Part shown: positions 1 to 11,499 of the stretch, piece after piece | How positions within the stretch are numbered: position 1 is the first letter of the stretch | How the letters are laid out: each line of letters begins with the position of its first letter | Assembly (NCBI RefSeq): GCF_001194135.2 | Contig: NC_068990.1 | Span: forward strand, 50,226,407-50,265,637 | DNA length: 39,231 nt | Direction: 5' to 3' | Source: Octopus bimaculoides | Lineage: Eukaryota | Notes under the pieces: model-generated | The model's input: only the letters and a program-made list of their open reading frames with translations | Database searches by the model: none | What the model was told of the DNA's origin: nothing | Program-made: the position numbers and the translations under genes

Positions 1-262
1 GTATCTGTCATTACAGTATCGAAATGTGATTGTTTCAGTTAGTAGAATAGTTTCATTTTTAAAGTGAAAGTATTTGACATGAGTGTTTTTGTTTCACTTT
101 TGACACGTAATACTTAAATAGTGGAGGAGATATGATGTTGCTGTGGGCTCGAACTATGTAAGAAGTTAAAAATTTTTTTTGACTAAAACACAACTGGAAC
201 CCTAAGTAAGACATGTGTAAAATTTGAATGAAATTGGTTGTGTAGTTCTCAAGTTTTGGGGG

Positions 263-326
<64 letters not shown>

Positions 327-352
327 CACATTCTCATTTTTATATATATAGA
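1..352 (-). mobile_element. Non-autonomous Helitron-like (Lep1/DINE-1-type) element with internal (CTGT)n(GT)n microsatellite; 3' end runs off the window
   Basis: Minus strand reads A|TCTATATATATAAAAATGAGAATGTGTGTCTGTCTGTCTG..., then AACCAATTTCATTCAAATTT. A 5'-TC after A, an early microsatellite and this block are typical of short rolling-circle elements. No 3' CTAG/hairpin is visible. Confidence 0.5.
255..330. repeat. Compound (CA)n(CAGA)n microsatellite
   Basis: Read directly. Confidence 0.95.
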
Positions 353-699
353 TTGCATTTAGTACACTCAAATTGCATTTGTGCAACTATATATGAGAAC
401 AATCAAAAACTAAAAGTGAAGGTCATTTTAAGGACTTACAAGGTTTAATACTTACAGCGAAGCTACAGTGGAAAGTATGTTGAAGTAGTTTAAGAAAATA
501 CATTCTCAAACTGTGACAAAAAATACTCTCTCAATATTAAAAATTAGGTTGCCAAAAGCACAAACAAGAGTAAACTTGAAAGTTTTAATCAATGGAGCAG
601 AGTATGATGCATTGCAAGTAAAATGTGAACAGAAAATAATGGACTAAGTAAAAATAGGTTCAGGAACCAACAAGAGAATATAGAATGTAGTTCAGGAGT

Positions 700-1610
700 G
701 GGTGAAGGACTGGGTAATTTCATAAAAATGTGAGAGGAGAGTGACAAATGGTTAGAGATTGGGCCAGAATTGGATGTAGTGAGTGGTGAAAAAGGGTGAA
801 GGTGTGGTTGATGTTAAATATACGTTTAGAGGGAGAGATGAGAGAGACAGAAGTGACTTAGGAAGGAGGTGACTAGCAGCAGAACAGGAGATGTGGGAAA
901 CAACAGTATCATATACCTGCAGATAGATCAGAAAGTAGAGCAATGATGTGCAGGGTTTGCATGGAGTGGTGGGTGGAAGGGTGATGAAATATGGCAGAGA
1001 TGGGAGTCAGAGGTACATGGTGGTGCTTATAGTGAATGGGATGACAAAGATAGGGGAAGCATTGTTAGCAGTTATGAGAGGGTGTTGAGAAAAATAGCAG
1101 ATGGGAGAGGTGGTAAAGATGAGGTATAGTGAACCTAAAGTGTAATTCAGAGGAAAGAGAGAGATTACTGAAAGCACAGAAAGGGGATGATCATGGAAAG
1201 TAGTATGAACAGGGATGACATTGTGAGGTAACTGGTAGTATCAAAGATGGGTGGATAAAGTATGTACTGATTCTGCTCTCAAATGATTGCAGCAGTTGAG
1301 TAGTACCATAGTTAGAAGAGTGATAGAGGGGTGGCTGTTAGGAAGATGTGGGGAAATGCTTGAGAGGGAAAAGTGGGTGTAGGCCCAGCATATACAAGAA
1401 CGAGCATCATACTTTTAGGACCTCACTCTCGCTATGACAGGTCTTCTTAAGCACAGCAAATTGATAATCATCTGGGTCTTCAGATATCTCCTCTGTGAGA
1501 CTCAACATCTTGCGATCAGGCTTCACTACTTCATTTTCCTGGTTTGCTCTTTTCCACAAGTTCCATCCACTGTAAACAATTGGCTTATACAGCTGTCTCA
1601 TCCATATACA
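700..1610 (-). mobile_element. Heavily decayed LINE fragment (probable RTE endonuclease region) with purine-rich flank
   Basis: Minus ORF 1407-1601 (..SGWNLWKRANQENEVV..AVLKKTCHSESEVLKV) loosely resembles the APE segment between the GVG and (S/R)DR motifs. Boundaries approximate. Confidence 0.35.
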
Positions 1611-1837
1611 TCACGTGGCCAAACTACAGCAGTCTTTTCTCTACATCTGTATTCTTTATATGCCTTTTTTTTTTTCTGTCTACACACTTTCACTTTGCTA
1701 TACATACACAATGATTCTGCACATCCAATGAACCATACTAGCTTCATTCCTCTTTGTCCTCCACATTCAGAGACCACTTATTACTATCATGTAGCATGAT
1801 TGTTCATTCACTTGCATCATACAATCTACCTTTGACT

Positions 1838-1915
<78 letters not shown>
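1838..1915. repeat. (GA)n microsatellite
   Basis: Read directly. Confidence 0.97.
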
Positions 1916-1918
<3 letters not shown>

Positions 1919-2149
1919 TTGTTGCCAACAGAGGTAATAGCTCTGAACTTTCTCTACCTTATTCTTATTCTGGCAATTAAACTTTCAGAATATCCTCTGC
2001 TACTGCTAATTAGGTCACCTTAGGTAACAGAAACAATTTACTACCTCTAAGGAGCTTCCTGAGCATTTGAAATTATATGCACACGCACATGTGCATACAG
2101 CACACACTTACATACAGATAATAGAAATGTCAAAAAATCTACTAATATT

Positions 2150-2368
2150 GGTTTCAAATTTTGGCACAAGGCCAGCAGTTTTAGGGGAAGAGTAAGTCAA
2201 TTACATCGACTTCAATGCTCAACTGGAACCTATTTTATTGATCCCAAAAGAATGAAAAGTGAAATCCACCTTGGCAGAAGACTGAACTCAGAATGAAAAG
2301 ATGGATGAAATGCTGCTAAGCATTTTGCCCGGCATACTAACAACTCTACCAGCTCATTGCCTTTAAAT
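2150..2368 (-). mobile_element. tRNA-derived SINE with 13-bp TSD
   Basis: ATCTACTAATATT at 2137-2149 and 2369-2381 flanks the element. Minus strand has a tRNA-like head (..ATTCTGAGTTCAGTC..) and a CTTTTCATTCTTTTGGGATCAATAAAA core, the same family as 20631-20855. Confidence 0.8.
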
Positions 2369-2794
2369 ATCTACTAATATTAATATTTGGGTTTCAAAAA
2401 AGCACAGCCAAAAATTTTCATCTTATCTTATTACACCAGTTGTTATTTTTTTTCTTCTAGATCAATAACAACTTAAAACTTATATAATAATTTATTTATG
2501 TAACCTATACTTGCATAGAAAAATAAACTTAAAATGAAAGAGAGACATCTAAACTCATGAAAGAACAAAAATTAAAAACTATGATTACTGGCCAGAAATA
2601 ACTCTCAATCAGAATTAGAGGAAATAAGTGTACAAAAATGTCCATAGCCATCTTTAAAATTCTAACGTATCTTAATAGAAATTTTGATATCCACCATATG
2701 ATAATGTTACTGCATATCAGATGTTGATTTGATCCTAATAGGTAAACATTAACACCATTTCTATATTCACACTGAACTGTATATTGTCACTAGG

Positions 2795-2990
2795 CACAGG
2801 CAGGCATAGCTGTGTAGTTCAGAAGTCTGCTTCCCAATTGTGTGGTTTCAGGTTAAGTCCCACTGTGCAATACATTGAGCAGGTGTTTTCCATTATAGCT
2901 TCAGACTGATCAACACCTTGTGAGTGGATTTAGTAAACAGAAACTGAAAGAAGCTTTTTGTTTGTGTATGTGTGTGTGCATGTTTATGTG
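2795..2990 (+). mobile_element. tRNA-derived SINE, decayed
   Basis: GGCATAGCTGTGTAGTTCAGAAGT..GGTTTCAGGTTAAGTCCCACTG (A/B-box-like), ending in AAACTGAAAGAAGC and a (GT)n-like tail. Confidence 0.6.
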
Positions 2991-4218
2991 TTTGTTTATA
3001 TTTATGCTTTTCTGAAAACGGCTGAGCTACAAGTGGTGGATGTCAAAATGAATAATTTTACTTTTAGGTATACCAGTTGAAACACCTGAAAATAAAGAAT
3101 TATTTCCCAGTCTGAAACATGCTGGAATGAATGAGCTGTAATGAATGAGCTTTTTTTATCCTCTTTAGCAGCATTTAAAGTGGGGATTGAATAAAGTATG
3201 TGATCACATACATATAAAGACATAAGAAAATATATAAAAATATTGCAACCAATTGTCCATTTGGAAATTTGTGGAAAATATAACACAAAAAGAGTTTAAA
3301 AAATGGTATATATGAAAATTCATTGGAATTTCAGCATCAACTGCAAACATATAATACTGAATATGAAAGTAAATATTGCTGTACTGAACCAGACAGAAAG
3401 TTTATGCAAAATTAACATAACATGGAACATGAAAATACTAGAATTGCAAGTAAGAAATAAGGAAAAGTTAAATAAAGATGATATTTATACCAACCAATTA
3501 ATTGCAAATGCAATGTTTATTGTAAACTATCAAGTGCTTCATATCTCTCTCTCTCTCCTTCCTCTGAGGTCACCAGTATAGTTTCTGTAGAGCCAGGTTT
3601 CCCCAAAATTAAAACCTGCTTGCCACTTACCAGTGGTTTGTTGCTCCCAAAACTATCAGTGAAAGCTCTGTTATGCTTGATAAAAGCAAAACTTTAAACA
3701 TACCATGAAAGACGATTTCCAAACTAAGTTTCCAGATCAGCATATACTGAAAGGTCTCTCTTGACCTACATTCTATCAACTCTGGTGTGTGTGTGTATAT
3801 TGATATAAAATAGTTGAAAATGCACTGAGAACAGTTTAAAATTTTTTATGATATTTAAAGATTTAACCAGTTTCACAGTTTACACTGATTTTCAAAAGTT
3901 GAGATAGAAAGACGTGGGTTATGTTGCAACTGTCTTGCTTCTGTATTTCTTTATTGCCTATAAAGGGCATACACAGAAAGGACAGAACAGGGGCAGAGAT
4001 GAAACAAGGTCAGTCTTACAGAGGGCTGAGGTTACAATCATTATGAAATCAAAAAAATCAGAATGAAAAATCAAAATTTACAATGAAAATGAGAAATGTA
4101 AATAAAAATATAAATATAAATATAATGTTCATGGGTTTTTGTTTAACCCGTGTTTTTTTTTCCTTTGTTTACTTCATTTTGTTTTTCCATTTTTCCCCTT
4201 CTTTTTCATCTTGACTGG

Positions 4219-7200
4219 CTACACTAGCATGGCCTCATTCATTCTCAGCTTCCTTACCACAGTTGTCCATCTTTTTTCGTACACACTCTGAGGCAGGTAC
4301 CTTTTCTCCAGACGGATCTTTCTTAACAGGTGGAAGTTAAAATAACTTACCGACCCGTGTCTCAATCCCTTTCACACATGTCATCCATACTGTATCTTTC
4401 AGTATGGCTACTACGCAGAAAAAAGATGCCTTCCTTTCCTTGTTAAAGGAGGGAAGCAGTACAATCTTAACCATGGACTTAGTCAAGAGCCATACTCTTT
4501 CCGCATCTGACATCAGTTGTTTGACATAGGTCATCAACTCCCTCAGCTCCTCACAGTGTACGAAGGCATGCACAACAGTTTCATTAACACGCCCGCACCT
4601 CGGGCATGTGGGGGAGGTGTCAAAACCATGTCTCAACAACCTCTCTGGAACCAGTAAGGCCAATCGATAGCACAACCAAGCCAAGGATTTCAGGAAGTTA
4701 TCCAGGTACCTCAGCCCGAATGTCCTCCTGAACAGGCTGGTTAGTTGTTCCTCATCAAAGCCTAAAGTCTCCCCCAGGACGTCATTGGACTCATACTCTA
4801 CCAACCCTCTATAAAAATCCATGGTGGTAACCTCGCTGCCGGTACTGCTTGCTTGGGAGAATAGAGTGAGTGCTTGCCTGCACTCTTTCTGCCATTCCCC
4901 CATCCTAGGTCTCCGCCTGATCCATGTACCTACATCCCGCAGGGACATCAGTTGTGGAAAAAGTTGCTTGACATGTGGTGACCACACCTGCTCACCATCC
5001 AGGTAGTGCCAGAGATGTCTCAGCCTCAGCGCATACTTGCGCATCATCAGCCACGGCATCCCTAGTCAACCCTTTAATGGTTTCTGGGAGCAGATGGAGC
5101 ACCTCACAAGTGGTGTTTTCCCTGTCCACAAAAAGTGGAAAGGGATCTGTTCCAACTTGGTCAGCCACAAACTGGAGCAACGCATGACGGTTAGGCAGTA
5201 GGTTATCACAGATGCTATAAACACCTGTGCAACCTTGGCCCTCTCTAGCAAGGATAATGTCTTCCCAGACTAGGTCTGGGTTATGGCCATCACCTTACTT
5301 GTTACATTGCTCCAGTTTTTCTCCACCTGGGGATCTGGTCCAAACCAGATCCCGAGCAATTTAACCGGGCCCTCCGTCCAGCATATGATGACACTGTTGG
5401 AAGGCATTGACTTGCCATGCCAGGTGCTGAGTTGCAAGCCAATGGATTTCTCCTGGTTAATTTTTGCCCCTGCCACCACTCTGTATCTTTTGATGGTGTC
5501 TTCTACATGAGGTACCTGCCCTTCATCAGACATGGTGATGGTGAAATCATCTACATATGCTGTCGCACTTCTACCGTAACACAGATTATGTGGGTCTCCT
5601 CTTATAGTCCCCAATCTTTGCAGCAGTGACTCAAGAGCCAATACATACAGGAGTGGGGACAGACGACAGATTCGATGTTGCAATCCAAAGCTTCGATCCA
5701 GCCTCGGAAAGTTGGGCTCAGTCCAACCACCAGAAGAACTGCCGCCAGATACCAATGGTCGACCCTATCAAATGCCTTAAACTGGTCTAAATTCACCAGT
5801 GCCCCACCTTTGCCAGGAACTTTACCAACCCTCTCTATGGTGTAGCGAATGAGGTGAAGGTTGTCATGTATCATACTTCCTGGGATGGCACATGTCTGTG
5901 CCTCTCCCACCAGGTCGCCTACAACAATCCTCACTCTTTTGGCTAGCACCTTGGCCAGAATCTTTAACTCTGTGTTTAGTAGAGTTATGGGCTGAAAGTT
6001 ATTAATGTTATCCCCCTTGCTCAGGTCCTTCCTGATCAGTGTCACCACTCCTCAGCTCACAGATTTGAGAATTCTCCCATTCTGCTGCCAATTTGTGTAC
6101 ACACTGGTCAGTATGTTCCCAAACAAGTCTGGCATACTTTTATAAAATTCATAAGGCAGACCATCCAATCCTGGTAACTTGTCCTTGGGGCACACGGAAA
6201 GCACCTCTATAACCTCCTTAGCTGTAATCAGCTCTTCACAGCACTCACCATCACGTGCCGAGAGATGTGGGCCACCAGCCAGGAAATCCGCATTGTCCAG
6301 TGTCCCGCTCTTCCTGAACAATGCAGCAAAGTGTTCATGAAAGGCCTTGCACATCTTCTCCTGTCCATGTTCATTTACTACAGACCTTATCGTAGCATCT
6401 ACACCACGCTGGGTTTCTATTGAGTGAGCCCACCTGCCAACGTTGATACCTTCGCGACCTAGTGCACGTACTTTAGCCCAGACTCTGTATCCTTTGTGTT
6501 TGGCATTGAGGTGTCGGTCCAAAGTCGATCTTGCCACCAAAACGGTGCAGAGCCCATTCTCAGCGCCTCTTCTAACACCTTAACTAAATCCCTTTCTACT
6601 CTAGTCTGCTCTAGACTAAACTGCTTGCTAAACTAGTCGACTCAAGTAGAATGGCTCTTTTGAGGGCACTCCACCACCGGTTATTTAACACAGTGCCGGT
6701 TAGTGCCCTCATTACTAACATAAATCTGGCTACGGTAAGTTTCGCAATCCAATAGGGAGTTGTTCAACTTCCCATAGCCAGATTCCTGTTTATGGACATT
6801 ATCTATATGCAACCCACATGTCAATAATTTATGATCCATGTAGGGTATGTAGGTAAACTGTGGACAGCTAAAACTAGACTTAACTCTAGTATTAACAATA
6901 ATCCTGTCTAGGTAAGACCTGATTGAGCCGTCGTTATTAGTCCAAGTCCACACTAGAATGCTTGGGTTATCGAGTCTGTATCAATCTGCCAGCATAAATC
7001 GCTTCAACATATCAATGAGGCATGAGTTGCATCTCCTATCGTTCGAGCCTATGCTATCCAGGTGTGCATCCAAAATAGTGTTAAAATCACTAACAAAACT
7101 AATGTCCTTGACATCACCAGAAAGTTTTCCAGGCGTTGATAGAACTCATTCCGTTTGCCTAGCGTGCTAGGTGCGTTAATGCCAACCAACCTGAAAGCCT

Positions 7201-7507
7201 TACCTCTGTATGTCAGATCCAGAACAACCAACTCACCTTCTGGGTCCACGAAGATCATACGTGTCTGCAGTGCCAAGCTTTTCCAGAGCAAAACCACAAC
7301 ACCTCCCTTCCCCACTATCCAACTAGGAGACTTGATTTTCTCATAGCCATTCAGGAGAGTTGAGAAGGCCTGCAGCTTGTCCAACTTGGTCTCTGTAGCA
7401 ACCATAACATCAATTCTCTGTGATCTGAGGTCGTTGAAGAAACAAGCCTGCTTCCTCTTCAAGCCCAGGTCATGTACATTTAAACAACCAATGCGTAGTG
7501 TAGCCAT
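4219..7507 (-). pseudogene. Tx1 ORF2 (APE endonuclease, reverse transcriptase, C-terminal zinc finger) with frameshifts, stops and deletions
   Basis: MATLRIGCLNV..ATETKL (APE start), TWTNNDGSIRSYLDRI (APE end), NFQPITLLNTELKILAKVLAKR, NLDQFKAFDRVDH, LSPLLYVLALE, AYVDDFT, CPRCGRVNETVVHAFVHC, C-terminal EKRWTTVVRKL ending at stop 4219-4221. The segment normally carrying RGVRQG is deleted near 5665. Confidence 0.92.
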
Positions 7508-7509
7508 GT

Positions 7510-8738
7510 CAAAAACAAAAAAGAAAGAAATCTGAGCCTACCTGCTCTTTTCATCTTTCAAGGGGGATTGTTCTCAGTACCACTGAGACCTGTTCTTCCT
7601 CTTCCTTCTTCTCATCCAGACTCAGTTCCACCGGTGGGTCAAACACCCTCGGGAGCTCCTTGAGCTCCACAATTTCTTTCGGTTATCTTTCCTTTAAATC
7701 GCTATACAGCTTTTGGGAAATTCTCCCTATTGTCACCAAACTTCTTTGGTTGCTATTCACAAATAATGCAGTTTGTTGATGGGGGTCTAATGACCCCTTC
7801 CAAATACTTATTACTGTTTTTATACACCACTATTGTAGTATCCACTTTTTTCGGGATATCTATTTTTTCAAGTTTCAGTTCTTACCTTTTTTCTTTTGGT
7901 TCTTGTTTTTTTCACAACTTTGGCTATTGGAGCCATCTCCTGGGTCTTTGTAGGCATCTGAAAGTCCATGTCTTCCTCAGCCAGTGTCATGGCTGGTTCT
8001 GTTTCTTTTGAATTTTCTTTGCTGGTGGAGGTGGTTACCCTCTGGGTAACAGCCTCCTTGGCTGGGGGTGCCACCTCTTCACTTTTCTCTTCCTCTTCTT
8101 TAGCCTTTTTTGTAGAGGGGCACTTTGACCTTAGGTGACCTTTTTGCCACACTTGTAGCATCTAGGTCTTTTCCCCTCTACATGAACCATCAGTACTGTT
8201 TCCTCTCCGATGTGTATGATCTCTGGTAAACTTTCCAGGTCTGTTGTCGTGGCCTATGCAAGGATCTCCAGAGTCTGACCCCACCAGTTTTGTGGGGTGT
8301 CTCTGGAGATCTGGATTATATTAATTTTATCCTCTCTTTCAAACAAGAGAGTGGCCACGATCTACGCAACCTCAACCTCTGGTGAGATGTTCTTTAATTT
8401 AATTCAGGACGTTCTTCATCCCAGATACAACAGTAAAAGCATTATGTTATCGTTCTGCACGGTCCAAGTCGAAAACTCTCTAGCTTTCTCCGCAGACTTG
8501 AACCTTGCTTCTATTGTAGCAAATTTTGTGCCTTGGGCCAGGTATTTTATTTGGTTTATTACTGGCCCGAGACACTTTTCAACAGTGCACTCTTCCAAGT
8601 GTTTGAGCTTCTTCTTTTCTACATTGTATGACTTGTAGATAATAGTTTTCTCTCTCATCTTGTTTATCAATTCATTTGGTGGATATGTTCTTTTGTAAGA
8701 ATTATATCAGATCTGCCAAGAGCAGTGGCAAAATTCAT
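7510..8738 (-). pseudogene. Tx1 ORF1 (gag-like nucleic-acid-binding protein with CCHC zinc knuckle), disrupted
   Basis: Joined minus frames give YKRTYPPNELINKM..IEARFKSAEKAREF..IKLKNISPEVEV..VHVEGKRPRCYKCGKKGHLRSKCP, then a K/E-rich low-complexity tail. Probable ATG at 8738 needs a 1-nt frameshift. Confidence 0.8.
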
Positions 8739-10054
8739 TTTGTTGGTTTCTTCATTTGAAGAAATTTCAATACTTTTTACACAAAAATATTCAAAAAGAC
8801 ACACAAAGAATATAATAATTGTTCCAAACTGGAAAACAGTTCAAATAATATTTAACAACTGTTCCCAAGTGGTACACACTTCGAAATTTGCCGCAAGGCA
8901 ATAAACAATTTAAATATCCTTCCCCCTTAGGGGAAGATAACAATTCACACAATTTTTCACAAATAAATATTTTTAAACAACGTTTCTCTTACAGGAAACC
9001 ACAAACACAAATAACAAATCCTGCAAGCAGGCAACAATTCCAAATCAACTAACCTTTCAGTGAAACACGTCAAACACAAACAGAATGATTGAATAACCAG
9101 CCTAGCTGTCTTGCTTCTGACTAGTGTTTGAAGCTTGTCCTATTTTTATAGGGAGTACATGGCTGAAATTAGCATATGTTTTGGATATGACTTGATTGGT
9201 AGAGGATAGTCACATGATTAGTTTTAGAAATTTTTATAAGCACCCCGCTATGTCCTTGTATTAACAGCAAGTGACAATGTTTGGTGTTGTAAGTTGAGGC
9301 TGACACGTTTGAGTGACAACACTAAACAATCAATGCTCTGTAGATAATGAACACGTGATTAAGTTTAGAACCTTTTGTACATTTCCCACTGCGTCCATGC
9401 GACAGTAGATTTTGTGTCAAAATTTAATACTGACATGGTTGAGTGAAAATGTTTAGTTACAATCAAGGCACTCTAAATTTCATCTGTTATGTGGGAGGGT
9501 GGACTCAACCGTGTCGGCCTAAATTTTTGGAGCAAAATATACTGTTATGTGACACTAATGTATGAACATAGCAGGAAAGGTACAAAAGATTCTAAACTTA
9601 ATCACATATTCATTTTCTACAACACTTGAAAGAAAACATTCAGAGCATTGATTGTTTGGTACTGTCACAAGACATGTTCACTCAACTATGTCAGCCTTGA
9701 CTTATGATGCCAAACATTGTCACTTGATATTAACACATGGATGTAGTGGGGAACCTACAAAAATTTCCTAGACCAGTCATGTGATTATTCTCTACCAATC
9801 AAGTCATATCCAAAACATAATACTAATTTTAGCCATGTACTCTATAAAAATAGAACAAGCTTTAATTACTAGTCAGAAGCAAGACATCTGTGACATAATC
9901 CATGTTTACTATCTCAACTTTTGAAAATCAGTCTAAACTGTGAAACCAGTTACATCTTTAAATATAATAAAATTTTTTTAACTATTCTCAGTGCATTTTC
10001 AACTTCTATTTTTTTCTATATTTCTACCCATGTGGAAAAAAATAACTTTGTTTT

Positions 10055-10098
10055 TTCTCTCTCTCTCTCTCTTTCTCTCTCCCTCTTTCTATGTGTGT

Positions 10099-10169
<71 letters not shown>

Positions 10170-10170
10170 G
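10055..10170. repeat. (CT)n + (AT)n microsatellite
   Basis: Read directly. Confidence 0.95.
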
Positions 10171-10304
10171 ACAATCTACAAAAAATCCAAATTATTTTCA
10201 AACATTTCATAAAATGACAGTTTTTTTTATATCAATACAATAAAAAGAAATTTATGGTTATATTTTCTCAGTAATGAGGTAAAATGCATAGGGTATTTAC
10301 TGAC

Positions 10305-10449
10305 CTCATTGCGTATCCACTGGAAGCTTTTGGCTTTGTTATCCATGACTAAAAGTGGTTTTGACAAATGTTGATTCCCATTAAACAAAAATGTGATGTC
10401 ACCACGCTCCCAATTCATACCATTAAAATCTACTAAAGTAGTATCCAAT
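10305..10449 (-). CDS. ANKRD13C: Internal coding exon (145 nt) of ankyrin repeat domain-containing protein 13C-like gene (GPCR-chaperone domain region)
   Basis: Encodes (R)LDTTLVDFNGMNWERGDITFLFNGNQHLSKPLLVMDNKAKSFQWIRNE, matching my recollection of ANKRD13C RLDTTLIDFTDMKCQRGDLSFIFNG..VLDNEQKVYQRIHHE. Acceptor ttcattttcAG (10450-10451), donor GTcagt (10303-10304); phase 2 in, phase 0 out. Confidence 0.9.
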
Positions 10450-11499
10450 CTGAAAATGAACAAAAATAATTATCAAATATATTTTTTAACTTTGACACAG
10501 TCTCAAATTTGGGAGAAGGGTACAATGAACTTATGTTGATCCTAGTGCTTCACTAATATTCATTTTAGCAGTTCAGTGGGGAAAATATCAAGGTCATTTA
10601 CGACAAGACAGAAATAAGAGAATAAAGTATTTTGTCTAATAATTTCTAATCACCCTGTCAATAATTTAATAATCACAAAGAATAAATCTTATCTTATGAG
10701 ACAACTGATGAAAGCATTCAGGTAAATATTATTTCCAACAAATGTTTACAAAATACACTGCTAAAAAGGCAATAACATAAACTAAACAAGAACAAAAGAA
10801 AATTGAAAATGACAGTAGTTTCAGCTACATATATGTGTGCAATAACTAAAATTCATAATAATTTAGCTCAACATACAAAATAAACAGAACAGCCTACACC
10901 ACTGAATACTGTCAAGTTATGTAATGCTTTCTATATACCTCAATTATTTTTCATAGCAAATATAATATAACTTGAATCTATAGATTGGAGAAGCAACTGA
11001 AATACTTTTTATATTCTTTAACAAAAATTGAGAAAAATTTCCTAGTTTATATGATCCCTCTTCAGTTGTGCCCACTCATTGAAGNNNNNNNNNNTCAGAG
11101 ATTTGATTAAATTGTAAGAAAAAACAAACTAATGAGCCAGGATTTCTAATAAAACCCTACTGTTATACTAAAATCTGAGTAATTTTCCTGCTGAACTTGT
11201 TCCAAAAAATGGTTCAAAATGCCATATTTCTTCCCTATTTACAACTTGTGCGTCAACTTAAATAAAGATTATAAAGAGCTCACATCATAATACTGACCTC
11301 TAAGAATGTTTCTTAAATAAAGATGATATTTATACCAACCAATTAACTGAAAATGTAATGTTAACAGTTGTAAACTATCACATGCTTCATATCTTTACTT
11401 TTCATGATTGCAAAGAAATGTGAAGTCCTGCAAGCCTTTTTATGCTTTTCAATTATGTTCTCATACATTGTGTTGGCAGAGTTGTCTTGAAGAGCATGG

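Larger units (their letters stand above)
3944..9105 (-). mobile_element. Full-length but inactivated Tx1/L1-clade non-LTR retrotransposon, ~5.2 kb
   Basis: 14-bp TSD CTGTCTTGCTTCTG at 3930-3943 and 9106-9119. Minus-strand AATAAA at 3950-3955 lies just before the 3' TSD. Two-ORF layout ORF1 (CCHC knuckle) then ORF2 (APE-RT-zinc finger). Confidence 0.92.
3803..10020. mobile_element. Long foldback/MITE-like element with ~400-450 bp inverted arms; left arm split by the Tx1 LINE
   Basis: 3803-3943 plus 9120-~9400 is the diverged reverse complement of ~9570-10020. Examples: TTTTCAAAAGTTGAGATAG vs CTATCTCAACTTTTGAAAA, TTTTGGATATGACTTGATTGGTAGAG vs CTCTACCAATCAAGTCATATCCAAAA, AAACAATCAATGCTCTG vs CAGAGCATTGATTGTTT. 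Spacer ~9400-9570. Confidence 0.85.

Noticed and set aside
59-448. ORFs with CVCVCV / THTHTH runs, and similar ERERER and IYIYIY ORFs at 1754-2023 and 9921-10217
   Set aside because: Translations of microsatellites, not proteins.
447-465. Apparent 7-nt micro-exon (tAG|CTTCGCT|GTAAGT) on the minus strand
   Set aside because: It would shift the frame and has no homology support; needs RNA-seq.
3036-3086. Good minus-strand acceptor (ttattttcAG) followed by a short ORF
   Set aside because: The peptide does not match the expected downstream ANKRD13C sequence; a chance acceptor in AT-rich DNA is likely.
3628-3667. Possible 37-nt minus-strand exon (cAG..CTG|GTAAGT)
   Set aside because: Phase-0 entry from the 10305 exon hits TGA at once and there is no ANKRD13 similarity.
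3478-11395. ~70-bp similar segments at ~3478-3547 and ~11322-11395 on either side of the exon
   Set aside because: Same orientation and diverged; most simply two remnants of a dispersed repeat, with no pairing potential.
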